DNA of 51,081 nt from an uncultured Bacteroides sp. (lineage in GTDB: Bacteria > Bacteroidota > Bacteroidia > Bacteroidales > Bacteroidaceae): positions 6,258 through 57,338 of the forward strand of contig CAZFXK010000004.1 of the NCBI GenBank assembly GCA_964522975.1. Direction: 5' to 3'. Below the pieces are notes generated by a model, which worked only from the letters and a program-made list of their open reading frames with translations, was not told the origin of the DNA and ran no database searches. A program made the position numbers and the translations under genes. Below, in pieces: positions 1-10,305 of this stretch (position 1 is its first letter; every line of letters begins with the position of its first letter).

Positions 1-178
1 CCTAAAATACAATTATTAAAAATAAGAGAAATAAATTTCACCAAAAACATCACCACATATAACATTTTTTATAAAAGAATTTTGCCCCATTCAATCTTGC
101 ATTTTTTGTATAGAATCTCTTTTTTTACAATTTATTAATATTACATTTGAGTATATGCAAAATCATTAAATAAAAGTC

Positions 179-898
179 ATGAAAAAAATCATCTTATTAA
201 TCATAGGTATTACTTGTTCTCTACTGCTGTTTGCACAGCAATATACCATTCAAGGAAAAGTTGAGGATAAGAAATTAAACAAGACAACTGTTTATCTTTA
301 TAAGTATAGCGACTTACTCTCTTCGGTTGAAGATTTCAAAAAGGAGAATTTCTCGGTTATAGATAGTACTACCATACAAAACAATCAATTCCGTTTTCAG
401 AATAAACTACCTGAAGAACATCCGGTACTTTGTTTGCTTTATGTACCTGCCATGCAATTCCCTTTTCAGGTTGCACTTGAAACAGGAACCATTGAGGTGG
501 AAATTTCAAAAGGAGGATCTAATGTTCCTTATTATAGCACACTCAAGGGAACGTCTATAAATAACGACTTAGACATATACCTATTAAAAACCATACGAGA
601 AATAACTAAATTGACCAATGAGATAGAAGGGAATTCTGATGCTCAAAAATTTCAAGAGATCCTCGAAATCTTAACGAAGATATCTAACGAATTAAAGACT
701 AATGCTTCGACATTAGTGAACAAATACATCGAATTCAACCCTCTGGGAGAGCAACTTCTTTTAACTTTCTTCCCTTTATTAGACAAAGAAGATATAGACT
801 TATTGAAGCCTAAGCTCTCTAAAGAAACTCTTAAAAAGTTAGATAAAAAAGAGAAAGATATGAAGGACCAGTTGCAAAACTTTCCTTCCCCTTTCTAA
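179..898 (+). CDS. Secreted DUF4369-like domain protein
   Basis: 239-aa ORF with signal peptide (MKKIILLIIGITCSLLLFA) and a 'YTIQGKV...VYLY...IDSTTIQNNQFRF...GTSINNDL' pattern typical of DUF4369; no C-terminal CxxC thioredoxin domain; TAcaTTTG -7 box at 142-149. Confidence 0.6.
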   Translation: MKKIILLIIGITCSLLLFAQQYTIQGKVEDKKLNKTTVYLYKYSDLLSSVEDFKKENFSVIDSTTIQNNQFRFQNKLPEEHPVLCLLYVPAMQFPFQVALETGTIEVEISKGGSNVPYYSTLKGTSINNDLDIYLLKTIREITKLTNEIEGNSDAQKFQEILEILTKISNELKTNASTLVNKYIEFNPLGEQLLLTFFPLLDKEDIDLLKPKLSKETLKKLDKKEKDMKDQLQNFPSPF

Positions 899-914
899 AA
901 TAAAACTCATACAT

Positions 915-963
915 AAAAAGAGCCTAATGAAACCTCGAAACACAGTATTCATTAGGCTTTTTT
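915..963. terminator. Bidirectional intrinsic terminator
   Basis: AGCCTAATGAA (921-931) / TTCATTAGGCT (948-958) stem flanked by A and T runs, between convergent genes. Confidence 0.75.
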
Positions 964-1007
964 CATCTTAGCATAAAAACTACTTCACTTTTCTAACAAA
1001 CACGAAA

Positions 1008-2006
1008 CTACGGTTTATATAAATCACCTACCAACAACTTATTTCCAGACAAATCAATTTTAAAAAGATGAGGTATCCTCAAATAATATCCATCTATGTT
1101 TTTATGACTATGTGCTGACATTAACCATTGTCCGCCAAAAGTTTGGAAAATCATACCATGGCCAAAATCAGGAGGAGTAATCGGCTCTTTTTCTTGCACC
1201 CAAGGACCCTCTAATGTGCCACTTTTTGAATAGGCTACACCTTGTGTGTAAACATCATAAATCCAACTAGTCCAAATCATGCCTAATCTTCCGGTTTCTG
1301 TCCTAAATAAATAGGGACCATCGGTAACTCTGTTTGGTACAATTTTCCCCTTCAGCTTTTCACGACTCCAAGGCGAATCACTGGCACGGAACAATAGTCT
1401 CCCCTCCCCTACAGACCCACTCAAATCGGGTTTTAGCTCTATCATTTCCATAGTACCATCTCCATTTTGAATCCATTCATGACAATATATCATATAGGGT
1501 TTTCCATTATTATCTACCCAAAATGTACCATCTAAAGTTGCTTTATCAGCTGGAAGATAGATTTCATCTTGCATGGGAACATAAGGCCCTTCAGCGTAAT
1601 CACTCACTAAGATATGACTAGCCCGACGTTCTACCTTCATTCCTTCAAATTCATCTATTATTATATTTCGATTGGTAAAGGTTGCAAAATTATAATATTT
1701 GCCCTCGTAAGCGTGAAGTTCAGCTGCCCAAACCATTGGATCGGGACCCATCCACGAAGTTGAATCGGTTTCTATAACCTCATAAGGGCCATTCCAGTAT
1801 TTCAGGTCTTTGCTTTTCCAAAGAAGTCCACCGGTACCCGTCATATAATAATACTTTGTCTTTTCATCAGCCAAGATACAAGGATCACTAAGACGAATAG
1901 AGTCTAAAGGAATTTGAGAATGGTAGTTAGCTGCTTTTTTTTGAGAAAAAAGAGGTTGAATACTAAAAATAAACAACAATAACAGACTTATACTCTTTTG
2001 TTTCAT
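1008..2006 (-). CDS. Glycoside hydrolase family 43 (xylosidase/arabinosidase-like)
   Basis: Signal peptide; GH43 motifs 'LSDPCIL', 'WAAELH', 'LDGT', 'TDGPY', 'FGHGMIF'. Confidence 0.85.
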   Translation of the reverse strand: MKQKSISLLLLFIFSIQPLFSQKKAANYHSQIPLDSIRLSDPCILADEKTKYYYMTGTGGLLWKSKDLKYWNGPYEVIETDSTSWMGPDPMVWAAELHAYEGKYYNFATFTNRNIIIDEFEGMKVERRASHILVSDYAEGPYVPMQDEIYLPADKATLDGTFWVDNNGKPYMIYCHEWIQNGDGTMEMIELKPDLSGSVGEGRLLFRASDSPWSREKLKGKIVPNRVTDGPYLFRTETGRLGMIWTSWIYDVYTQGVAYSKSGTLEGPWVQEKEPITPPDFGHGMIFQTFGGQWLMSAHSHKNIDGYYLRIPHLFKIDLSGNKLLVGDLYKP

Positions 2007-2033
2007 TAGTTCTGATTTTAAATTTCTAGATAG

Positions 2034-3128
2034 TTAATAGATATACTCTTTTGGATTATCTTTCCAATATTGCTCTAAACGATCTACTTCTGCAGAAGTA
2101 ATTTGTATAATTGAACCATGTTTTGGTGAAATAAAATTTGTTATTTCCATCTTACCTTCATTGAAGCGCCCTAAGTTTTCAAAATTTTCAAAATCAACAG
2201 TTTCACAGAACCCAAAGTTATGAGGTTGCACGCTAAACACATCGTACATCAAGACCCATTTATCCTCTCCAATACGTTTCCAAACATTGGGTGCTTCACA
2301 CGCTCCTTGCTCAAAATCAATCCATTCAGGTCTATACTCATACCCTGTATGAATACTGTCAGAAAACGCCATTTTTATACCACTTTTACCCTCTTGAGCA
2401 ACATACATCATACAATATCTGCCATCTGGAAGAGGAGATATATCAGCATCAAGTGTTTGCACTTCCGGATTAGGATAATCAAATAATATCGCCGGCTTTG
2501 AAACTAATTTTGTAAAATCATCGTCTGTATAGGCATAATAAAGTTGAGTTTTCCCTTTACCTTCCTTACGCAGGGTAAAATATAACATCATTTTATCCTC
2601 TACAGGATCGTACGTCGTTTGTGGAGCCCAAGCACATCCTAAATTAGCAAACTCAGGAAAAGCCTCATCAATACGAACATTGCTCCGTGTCCAATGAATC
2701 AAATCGGATGATTTCATTAAAACAAAACCATGATTATTGCCCCATCCAAATTCATCTCCATCGCGATCCCATTGTGTATCACGATATCCTTTTTCTTTAG
2801 CAAACAGATGTAAATCGGTCATTGCCAGATAAAAATCGCCATCCGGCCCTCTATAGATATGTGGATCTCTAATACCTTTTTGATCAGCAATGCTATCTCC
2901 AGCAAGAATTGGTTGTCCTTCATTTACAGCAGTAAAACTGTAACCATCACGACTAATTGCCATAAAAAGGCTATGGGTAGGATCATCAAAGAAGGTAAAT
3001 AGATAGGCTTCCATCTCTTTTTCTGTAGGGCTAAATTTAGCTTCTTCTACATTTGCTTTTTTACGCTGTCCACATCCCATAAATAAGATAAAAGAAAAAA
3101 GAAAAAAAGTAATTTTGTGATTTTTCAT
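2034..3128 (-). CDS. GH43/clan F glycoside hydrolase lipoprotein
   Basis: Lipobox 'FMGC'; motifs 'GIRDPHI', 'AWAPQ', 'LDADI', 'CEAPN', 'PKHG'. Confidence 0.8.
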   Translation of the reverse strand: MKNHKITFFLFSFILFMGCGQRKKANVEEAKFSPTEKEMEAYLFTFFDDPTHSLFMAISRDGYSFTAVNEGQPILAGDSIADQKGIRDPHIYRGPDGDFYLAMTDLHLFAKEKGYRDTQWDRDGDEFGWGNNHGFVLMKSSDLIHWTRSNVRIDEAFPEFANLGCAWAPQTTYDPVEDKMMLYFTLRKEGKGKTQLYYAYTDDDFTKLVSKPAILFDYPNPEVQTLDADISPLPDGRYCMMYVAQEGKSGIKMAFSDSIHTGYEYRPEWIDFEQGACEAPNVWKRIGEDKWVLMYDVFSVQPHNFGFCETVDFENFENLGRFNEGKMEITNFISPKHGSIIQITSAEVDRLEQYWKDNPKEYIY

Positions 3129-3553
3129 AACTCTTAAATTTGTTCAAATATTTACTTTTTATTGTCAGACTGAACTAAATTTAAGTCTAAAAGAGGAGAA
3201 CTTCAATTTTAAAATCTTCTAAAAAATAGATTAATGAATTAAAGGCCCTTTTTGATTGAATAGTACTCCTTTATCATTAATAACTAAAGTTTATTCTTCA
3301 TCAAAGACCTCCTTAAGTGCTTCCGGCATCAGGTGGCATATAGTTACTAACTGGAAAAAGACACCTATTGGAATTATCAATGTACCCCCCACACTAAATT
3401 CACTGTTAAGTATTTCTTAATCATTTTACTAGAGCGATTGTCTTTTTAATTTAGTTTTTCTCTATCCTAGCACACAGATTTGAATTTATGTTATGACTTT
3501 CCCTTTTCAACTTTTAGAAAAAGGTGGCCTCAATAAATGGAGGTACTAAAGAA

Positions 3554-3599
3554 TCTAAAAAGAGCCGGATTTTCAATTAAAAATCCGGCTCTTTTTAGA
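3554..3599 (-). terminator. Intrinsic terminator of GH84 gene
   Basis: Perfect 20-bp stem TCTAAAAAGAGCCGGATTTT / AAAATCCGGCTCTTTTTAGA with 6-nt loop, 13 nt after the stop. Confidence 0.85.
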
Positions 3600-3612
3600 A
3601 TTGCATTATATT

Positions 3613-6177
3613 TTAATTGGGAATAATTTCGAATATATCTACTTTGCCTTCAACTTCAATCTTTGTAACACCTTCTACTAAATTGACATTAAAGAATGGC
3701 GTATTAATTACTGTTTCAGTAAGTAGAGTACCATTTGCCTCAAATTGCCTCAATTTTACAGGAGTTGAATTATTATTATCCAAACCTAGTCGTAAAAGCA
3801 TGGTATATCCTTTTGTGTTTTTAGGCACCTCAAATGAAAAAATTCCTTCGTTTAAATATGACGTTCCCGGATGACGATCGAATGCATAGAGTGCACTATT
3901 GATATCTTTTGCGTGAATCTTAAAGCCTAGATTCTCAACTCTTACCGGATTAATTTCAAAAGAGCGAACTGCAGCCCAATTGGTTTTAGAAGATTCTAGT
4001 TTTCTAAGTCTTATATACCTTGCTTTGACAGATGCTCCAGACCAATTAATAATATATTGTTTTTCCAGCTTATCAGTCAGAGGTTTCCAGTCTTTTCCAT
4101 TTTCAGAATATTCAAGTATTGCATGGTCAAAGTAATCCACATCATCAACAGAATTTCTTCCTTGAAGAATAGAAACTTCATTAACCTCTGTTAAGCAGCC
4201 CAAATCTGCACCAATCCAATCTCCGTTTTCTTGAGGTCTTCCAGATGTATAATAAGTTGTTGAGTCATTGTCAAACATTAGTTTGTTGAGGATTGTCTTC
4301 AAATTATTGAATGAACCTATACCTTTGTATGATGCTGGTACATTACCGGTTAACTTTGTATACAAACCATATAGCATATCATCCATCGCATTTTCATAGA
4401 ATGGTTGAAGTTTCAAAGTTCCCGATTTATGAGTTTCGTATGCTTTTCTATCTTCAATACTCATTAGATTCTTTACATATGCTGCCCAAAAGTCATTATT
4501 ATTTGCAGATTCGTAAAGCTTGATAAGCTCAAGCGCTTTCTTTCCTCTCGTTCCAAGTTTTTTGAATTCTCTAAGCCATGGGCTAAGTTCTTTTACCAAA
4601 GCTTCGTTTTTACAGTTTTCTTCCAATTCAGAAGGAACTTTTTCTATTTTCTCAAACTCTTTCAATAAAGCATTGAACTGCATATCGGTATAGTTATCAA
4701 TTCTGAATGTTTCGGTTTCCCATGATTCATCTCTTCTGTAACCCGTTTCAGTATCACTAGAGTGTATAGCAAAGGTTCTGTAAGCATCTTTAGCTTCAGG
4801 AGTAAGTTCTTCAAGACCTCTTTCCCAGTTGTCGATAGGGTTATAATTGGATATATTCCAAGTATAATCTGCAACTCCGTAAAGAGCCAGTTTTGATGCT
4901 TCACCATGCTCCATTGGATTACTGACAAATCCGCTAAGATCATTTTGTGTCAAAGAGGTTTCTAATCCATATACAGGACCTTGAATGATAATATGACGAA
5001 TATAATCGGTTACAGGATAGTTCCACCAATAAAATGCCGGCCTCTTGATTCTGGTGTTAACCCAGTTTAATGTCTCTTTTGTCAAGTCACTACAGACTAC
5101 ATCTCCGGTCCAAAACACTTTAACTGAAGGATCAAGGGTATTTCCATAAATGGCAAGACTGCCTTGTGGTGTAGGGTCTGCCCATAACTTAGAATAATCT
5201 GTGGGACAAACAATTAAAGAGGAGACATCCCCCTTCATCTTTACAAAATCCGCATTCAATCGGTTCAATAATTCAGTTTGGCGTACAGGATTTGTACCTT
5301 CTCCTGAAATATCATCGAAGAAAATAGCAAATGAACGTACTCCAAGTTTATACATCATATCGAATTTATTTACCAGATTTGCATAATCTTCTTCATTCCA
5401 TTTGATATCTGCTCCCGGATGAATTGCCCAAACAAAATTTACTCTATTCCGATTACATGCTTCTATTAATTCTTTTATGTTTTCTGCTTCTTTCTCAGGA
5501 TAGGGTAACCGCCAGTTTGGAGAACTATGATAAGGATCATCTTTAGGCCCGTATAAATAGCTATTCATTTTAAACTTACCATAGAAATCAATTAAAGACA
5601 TACGTACTTCATGCGACCATGGCGTACCATAAAACCCTTCTACTACACCTCTGTATTTTAAATCCGGATAATCATTTATTTCTAGGTATGGAAGCTTACC
5701 CTTTTTGGCTATGGGACTATTTATAATCTGTTTTAGAGTTTGTATTCCGTAAAAAGCACCTTGTTCGTCATATCCTGTTATAGATATACCCTCTTTATTG
5801 ATAATTAAAACATAAGATCCGGATACTTTTTTTACATTTAGCTTAGTTGCTGGTTTTATGCCATAGTCCACAATGAGTTTCACTCCTTTTTTATTCGTTG
5901 AAATAAAACTTAAATCATTAGAAAACTTAGTTTGTTTATCGTTTAAGTTTATCCCTCTAGCTATGTCAAGCGTGTTTTTATCATCTATTTTAATGTCTTG
6001 AGGAGTCGGATTGATTATTAACCCTTTATGATCTAATTTTTTGCCGGGAACTTTTAAGACATCTTGTGTCTCTGACCTCTGCGTTGTTAAATCGAAATCA
6101 CTCTCTTGAGCAAAGAGCATAGTGCAAGTAAAGATACTAGCAGTTAATACAGCTAGTAGTTTGTTTTTGTACGTCAT
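3613..6177 (-). CDS. GH84 beta-N-acetylglucosaminidase (O-GlcNAcase/hyaluronidase) with N-terminal GH20b-like domain and F5/8 type C (CBM32) module
   Basis: 'RGVVEGFYGTPWSH', 'YLYGPKDDPYH', 'WAIHPG', catalytic 'FFDDI', 'WWNYPVTDY'; C-terminal 'MFDNDSTTYY...WIGADLG...KARYIRL'. Confidence 0.92.
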   Translation of the reverse strand: MTYKNKLLAVLTASIFTCTMLFAQESDFDLTTQRSETQDVLKVPGKKLDHKGLIINPTPQDIKIDDKNTLDIARGINLNDKQTKFSNDLSFISTNKKGVKLIVDYGIKPATKLNVKKVSGSYVLIINKEGISITGYDEQGAFYGIQTLKQIINSPIAKKGKLPYLEINDYPDLKYRGVVEGFYGTPWSHEVRMSLIDFYGKFKMNSYLYGPKDDPYHSSPNWRLPYPEKEAENIKELIEACNRNRVNFVWAIHPGADIKWNEEDYANLVNKFDMMYKLGVRSFAIFFDDISGEGTNPVRQTELLNRLNADFVKMKGDVSSLIVCPTDYSKLWADPTPQGSLAIYGNTLDPSVKVFWTGDVVCSDLTKETLNWVNTRIKRPAFYWWNYPVTDYIRHIIIQGPVYGLETSLTQNDLSGFVSNPMEHGEASKLALYGVADYTWNISNYNPIDNWERGLEELTPEAKDAYRTFAIHSSDTETGYRRDESWETETFRIDNYTDMQFNALLKEFEKIEKVPSELEENCKNEALVKELSPWLREFKKLGTRGKKALELIKLYESANNNDFWAAYVKNLMSIEDRKAYETHKSGTLKLQPFYENAMDDMLYGLYTKLTGNVPASYKGIGSFNNLKTILNKLMFDNDSTTYYTSGRPQENGDWIGADLGCLTEVNEVSILQGRNSVDDVDYFDHAILEYSENGKDWKPLTDKLEKQYIINWSGASVKARYIRLRKLESSKTNWAAVRSFEINPVRVENLGFKIHAKDINSALYAFDRHPGTSYLNEGIFSFEVPKNTKGYTMLLRLGLDNNNSTPVKLRQFEANGTLLTETVINTPFFNVNLVEGVTKIEVEGKVDIFEIIPN

Positions 6178-6334
6178 GATTATAAGTGTTATCTAAAATG
6201 TATTATTACCTATTTTTCATATGCAAACTGTATTGCTTGTACTAATATAACAATTTAAGTGATTGCAGTACTAAAGACAAGACTGACATTTAATGGTTTG
6301 TACGATTTCGCACTTATAACTTTCTTGTTTATTA

Positions 6335-6411
6335 GATCCCAGACCGAACACAAGTTTAACCCAGACCGACAAGGCATAGATCCCAGACCGACCAACCTTC
6401 TCTCCCAGACC
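6335..6411. repeat. 4 x 22-bp lattice array, copy 1 (all cores forward)
   Basis: 11-bp cores GATCCCAGACC (6335), TAACCCAGACC (6357), GATCCCAGACC (6379), TCTCCCAGACC (6401) separated by three different 11-bp spacers. Confidence 0.9.
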
Positions 6412-6502
6412 TTTATTTTTTCAATTTAAGGCAGTAGTTTCTTGTCTTGAAAAAAAGAAAAACAAATAAGCAATAAATAAAAAATAATTAGACCAAATTC
6501 AC

Positions 6503-7417
6503 TCAAAAAGTAGAAGGTCTGTTTATTCTACGACGAATATCATTCCAAATGGGTTTTCCGGCAATAATTAAAGACACAGCCATTAAAATAAGTATAACAC
6601 CCAATATAATCCGGAGAGTTATTTGTTCATGAAAAACTAAAACTCCAATCATTAATGCAGTTACCGGTTCTAATGCTCCAATAATGGCCGTTGAGGTTGA
6701 ACCGATTTGCTTTATTGCTATATTAATAAATAAGATTGACACTACTGTAGGAATTAAAACTAACCCCAGTATGTTAAGCCACCCACTAAATGAAGGAATA
6801 GCTTGTAAATTAACTAAAAACTGAGTTCTAACTATATAAATTGAAGAACCAAACAATAGGGTCCAAAAAGTCATTTTTCCAACAGACATAGAACAAAGTG
6901 AAGAACGCCCCACCCCAACAATATAAAGAGAATATGCCAAAGCAGATAAAGCAACCAATAATAGGCCTTTTCCATTAAGTGCTGTCTGTCCATCTCCTTT
7001 ATACAACAACACTATTCCTATCATAGATAATGCAATGCAACTAAAAGTCAATAAGGAGGCTTTTTCTTTATAGAACAAAACCATAATTACAGCTACTAAT
7101 ATAGGATAGACAAATAAAATAGTAGAGGCTATTCCTGCATCCAAAAATAAAAAACTTTGGAATAAAAATAAGGAAGAAAGAGAAAATAATATTCCATAGG
7201 TAAATAGCGGAAGTATCTCTCTCTTTTTTATCTGCAACGTTTCTCCTTTAAGAATAAGAATACCTCCTAATAACAAAGCAGCAAAAATAAAACGATAGAA
7301 AAGTACAGAATCAGGAGTCATACCTTCTGCATATAATGGAAGAGAAAACAAAGGATTCATTCCATACGATATGGAAGCTATAATACCAAACAGCACCCCT
7401 TTCATATTCTTACTCAT
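6503..7417 (-). CDS. EamA/DMT family transporter
   Basis: 304 aa, about 10 TM segments; 'SVLFYRF', 'GIASTILFVYP', 'GALEPVTA'. Confidence 0.88.
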   Translation of the reverse strand: MSKNMKGVLFGIIASISYGMNPLFSLPLYAEGMTPDSVLFYRFIFAALLLGGILILKGETLQIKKREILPLFTYGILFSLSSLFLFQSFLFLDAGIASTILFVYPILVAVIMVLFYKEKASLLTFSCIALSMIGIVLLYKGDGQTALNGKGLLLVALSALAYSLYIVGVGRSSLCSMSVGKMTFWTLLFGSSIYIVRTQFLVNLQAIPSFSGWLNILGLVLIPTVVSILFINIAIKQIGSTSTAIIGALEPVTALMIGVLVFHEQITLRIILGVILILMAVSLIIAGKPIWNDIRRRINRPSTF

Positions 7418-7646
7418 ACTCCAAGTTTATTATCATTAAAATTGGCGCAAAAGTAATCTAAAACTTAGATTTAAAAGCGTATTTGCTAAAAATAATTCAC
7501 TGAAGTATTACACTTGTACAAAGAGCTTATTTATCCTCTTTGAATCGTATTCCAAAGTTTAACAAAAAGATTGTCATTTTATGACTAAAGGAATTAAGCC
7601 ACAGGGTATTTCTTTGTTAAAGAAGCGGCAAAAACGGTAAAGAGAA

Positions 7647-8597
7647 TCAGCCCTTTTCTTCTTGTTGTTTTTGTTGAACCAATGTATTACGTTCCCAAAA
7701 AACACCATTATATCCTTGAATGGAAGAATCTTCTTCTGCCATATCCAAACGCTTTTCGGCCCAGGCACAATATAAAGGGTTTTGCTCAATGCCAAGGTAC
7801 TTGCGATTTAGTTTTTTAGCTACGACACAAGTAGTTCCCGACCCCATAAAAGGATCTAACACTAAATCACCCTCATTTGAGCTTGCTAAAATAAGTTTTG
7901 CAATTAATTTCTCCGGTTTTTGAGTAGGGTGTGCTGTGTTTTCCGCCATCGACCAAAAGGGAATAGTAATATCATTCCAGAAGTTTGAAGGGTGAGTGTC
8001 TCTAAATTTTCCTTGTTCTGTATCTTTCCAATCTTTAGGTTGACCATCTATTCGATAAGGGGCTATTACTCGTCGGCGTTCTTTTACTTCATCTAAGTTG
8101 AAGGTAAATTCCTCCGATTGTGTAGCATACCATATATCTTCCATCCCATTTTTCCAATTGTTCTTAGCTCCTCTTCCTTTTTCCCGCTGCCAGGTAATTC
8201 GATTTCTAACGATAAAAAGAGACATCAATTCCTGTCCGATAATCAGACTAGACTGCCAATCGCAGCACACATAAATTGATCCTGAAGGTTTTAGTTTATT
8301 TTTTAGTGCAGTCAACCAAGCCACCGTATATTCCCGGTATTTTTCTGAGGAAGTTTGAGCATAATGATTGCCGTGATACTCTTTTGTTAAATTATAGGGA
8401 GGATCAACCACTAATAAATCAATTGATTGATCGGGTATTTTTTTTATTGCTTCAAAAAAATCACCAATAATTACTTTATCTATATCCTTAAACACATCAT
8501 CCATATCTTTCAACTGAACACAACGCTGTAAATAATATGCAGACTGTTCTAAAGTAAAATCAATGGTTTTATTTCTCGATGACTTTTTTTTACTCAT
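7647..8597 (-). CDS. Beta-class N6-A/N4-C DNA methyltransferase (orphan)
   Basis: Motif IV 'DPPY' N-terminal to motif I 'LDPFMGSGTT'; 'HPTQKP'. Confidence 0.9.
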   Translation of the reverse strand: MSKKKSSRNKTIDFTLEQSAYYLQRCVQLKDMDDVFKDIDKVIIGDFFEAIKKIPDQSIDLLVVDPPYNLTKEYHGNHYAQTSSEKYREYTVAWLTALKNKLKPSGSIYVCCDWQSSLIIGQELMSLFIVRNRITWQREKGRGAKNNWKNGMEDIWYATQSEEFTFNLDEVKERRRVIAPYRIDGQPKDWKDTEQGKFRDTHPSNFWNDITIPFWSMAENTAHPTQKPEKLIAKLILASSNEGDLVLDPFMGSGTTCVVAKKLNRKYLGIEQNPLYCAWAEKRLDMAEEDSSIQGYNGVFWERNTLVQQKQQEEKG

Positions 8598-8832
8598 TTC
8601 TTCTCTTATCGTATTTTTATTACCAGAAAACGAATTTTATTTTAAAAATAAAATTTTCATACAAATATAACAAACAAAATCAGTTTTTCCATTAAACTTC
8701 TAAAACAGTCGAATTCTAGTTACAAATAGCTCTCCTATACTTTTATTCCTTATTTTTTTAATCCCTTCTAAAACTATTTGACACTTAAAGTTGTTTTCAT
8801 AACTTAATAAGAATACTAAAAAAATAAAATAG

Positions 8833-9699
8833 ATGTCATTTACTTATGATAGCACACAGCTTTTATGGGCCTTTGGGCTTACTTTATTTGCTGGATTGTC
8901 TACAGGCATTGGCAGTTTAATTGCTTTTTTTGCTAAACGAACCAATACCGGTTTTTTGTCTTTTTCATTAGGATTATCTGCGGGAGTTATGATTTATGTC
9001 TCGTTTGTTGAGCTTTTCATGGAATCGCAGAATATGTTAACCCAGTTATATGGTGACCGGTTAGGCATTGCTTACGCTACCTTAGCCTTTTTTTTGGGGG
9101 TTCTATTCATCGCCATTATTGACCGTTTGATTCCGGAGGCTGAAAATCCTCACGAAATACGCCCAATAGAAGAGATGCCCGAAGGTGAGACCCTTGATTC
9201 GGAAGAGATGACTGAAGAAAAGGCACCGACTAAGAAGTTGGAGAATAAAAGACTTTTACGTGTGGGACTAGTAACTGCATTAGTCTTAGCCATCCATAAT
9301 TTCCCGGAAGGTATGGTGACTTTTTTAGCCGGACTAAAGGACTTAAATGTGGCTATTCCAATTGCCATTGCAATAGCAATACATAATATTCCGGAAGGAG
9401 TATCGGTTTCCATTCCTATTTTTTATGCTACCGGCAATCGTAAAAAGGCATTTACATTATCGTTTCTATCCGGATTAGCAGAACCATTAGGAGCTGTAAT
9501 AGGTTATTTACTTTTGGCTCCATACCTCAACGACCAAATTTTTGGTGTTTTATTTGGAGCTATTGCCGGCATTATGGTTTATATTTCATTAGACGAGTTG
9601 CTTCCTGCAGCAGAAGAATTTGGTCATCACCACACAGCAATTTATGGTTTAATCATAGGAATGGCTATTATGGCTGTTAGCTTACTTATGTTTATATAA
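8833..9699 (+). CDS. zupT: ZIP family zinc transporter ZupT
   Basis: 'AGLSTGIGS', 'AIHNFPEG', 'AIHNIPEG', 'GLAEPLG', 'LDELLP'. Confidence 0.92.
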   Translation: MSFTYDSTQLLWAFGLTLFAGLSTGIGSLIAFFAKRTNTGFLSFSLGLSAGVMIYVSFVELFMESQNMLTQLYGDRLGIAYATLAFFLGVLFIAIIDRLIPEAENPHEIRPIEEMPEGETLDSEEMTEEKAPTKKLENKRLLRVGLVTALVLAIHNFPEGMVTFLAGLKDLNVAIPIAIAIAIHNIPEGVSVSIPIFYATGNRKKAFTLSFLSGLAEPLGAVIGYLLLAPYLNDQIFGVLFGAIAGIMVYISLDELLPAAEEFGHHHTAIYGLIIGMAIMAVSLLMFI

Positions 9700-9725
9700 A
9701 AAATAGAATAGTAAGCCGGTTTTAT

Positions 9726-10067
9726 TCAGTATTTTAAAGTTATCATTTTGTTTTTCAGTGCATAACACTCAGAAACGACTGTTCTTTTAGGGTAAAAAGT
9801 GAATATAATCCGCCAACCATTTAATTTATAGATAAAACGCCTATTCCGATACCCCTGCTCTATTTTTGCCAGTTTGGCTTGTAAAAAAGGAATCACGTCC
9901 TCCGGAAAATCTTCTCCTATAACAGAACAATGGGTTAAAATAAAATACGAAGAGGATGAATTAAATTCACTTGTTCCATTTAAAAGTTTCTTAAATAGTG
10001 GACGACGACAAGTTTCCTCACTATTTAAATAGGTATTACGCATTAATGAAGGAGTTAACATAATCAA
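9726..10067 (-). CDS. Hypothetical protein
   Basis: 113-aa ORF filling the gap between zupT and the next operon; minus-strand TAtcTTTG -7 box at 10170-10177; no recognisable motif. Confidence 0.6.
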   Translation of the reverse strand: MIMLTPSLMRNTYLNSEETCRRPLFKKLLNGTSEFNSSSSYFILTHCSVIGEDFPEDVIPFLQAKLAKIEQGYRNRRFIYKLNGWRIIFTFYPKRTVVSECYALKNKMITLKY

Positions 10068-10305
10068 TTTTTCTTATGAGAAACGAGGATTTATTCTTAA
10101 AATAAAAATTCTTTCCATCCTAAATAAAGCAACATTCTCTATTTTCAAAATATTTTCCCTATTTAATGGACAAAGATACCTAGGATTTTCTATTTTTAAG
10201 TTGCAATAAGAAAATCTCCTCGTGAAATGAAGTAAAAGACAGAAAGAGACCATTAACTTTATCAAGCAAATTTATTTAGTTCAATCGATTTTAAAACGTA
10301 TAATT

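Noticed and set aside
6335-6411. Lattice arrays as mini-CRISPRs
   Set aside because: 11-bp repeats and 11-bp spacers are far too short, orientation is mixed in the other copies, and there are no cas genes
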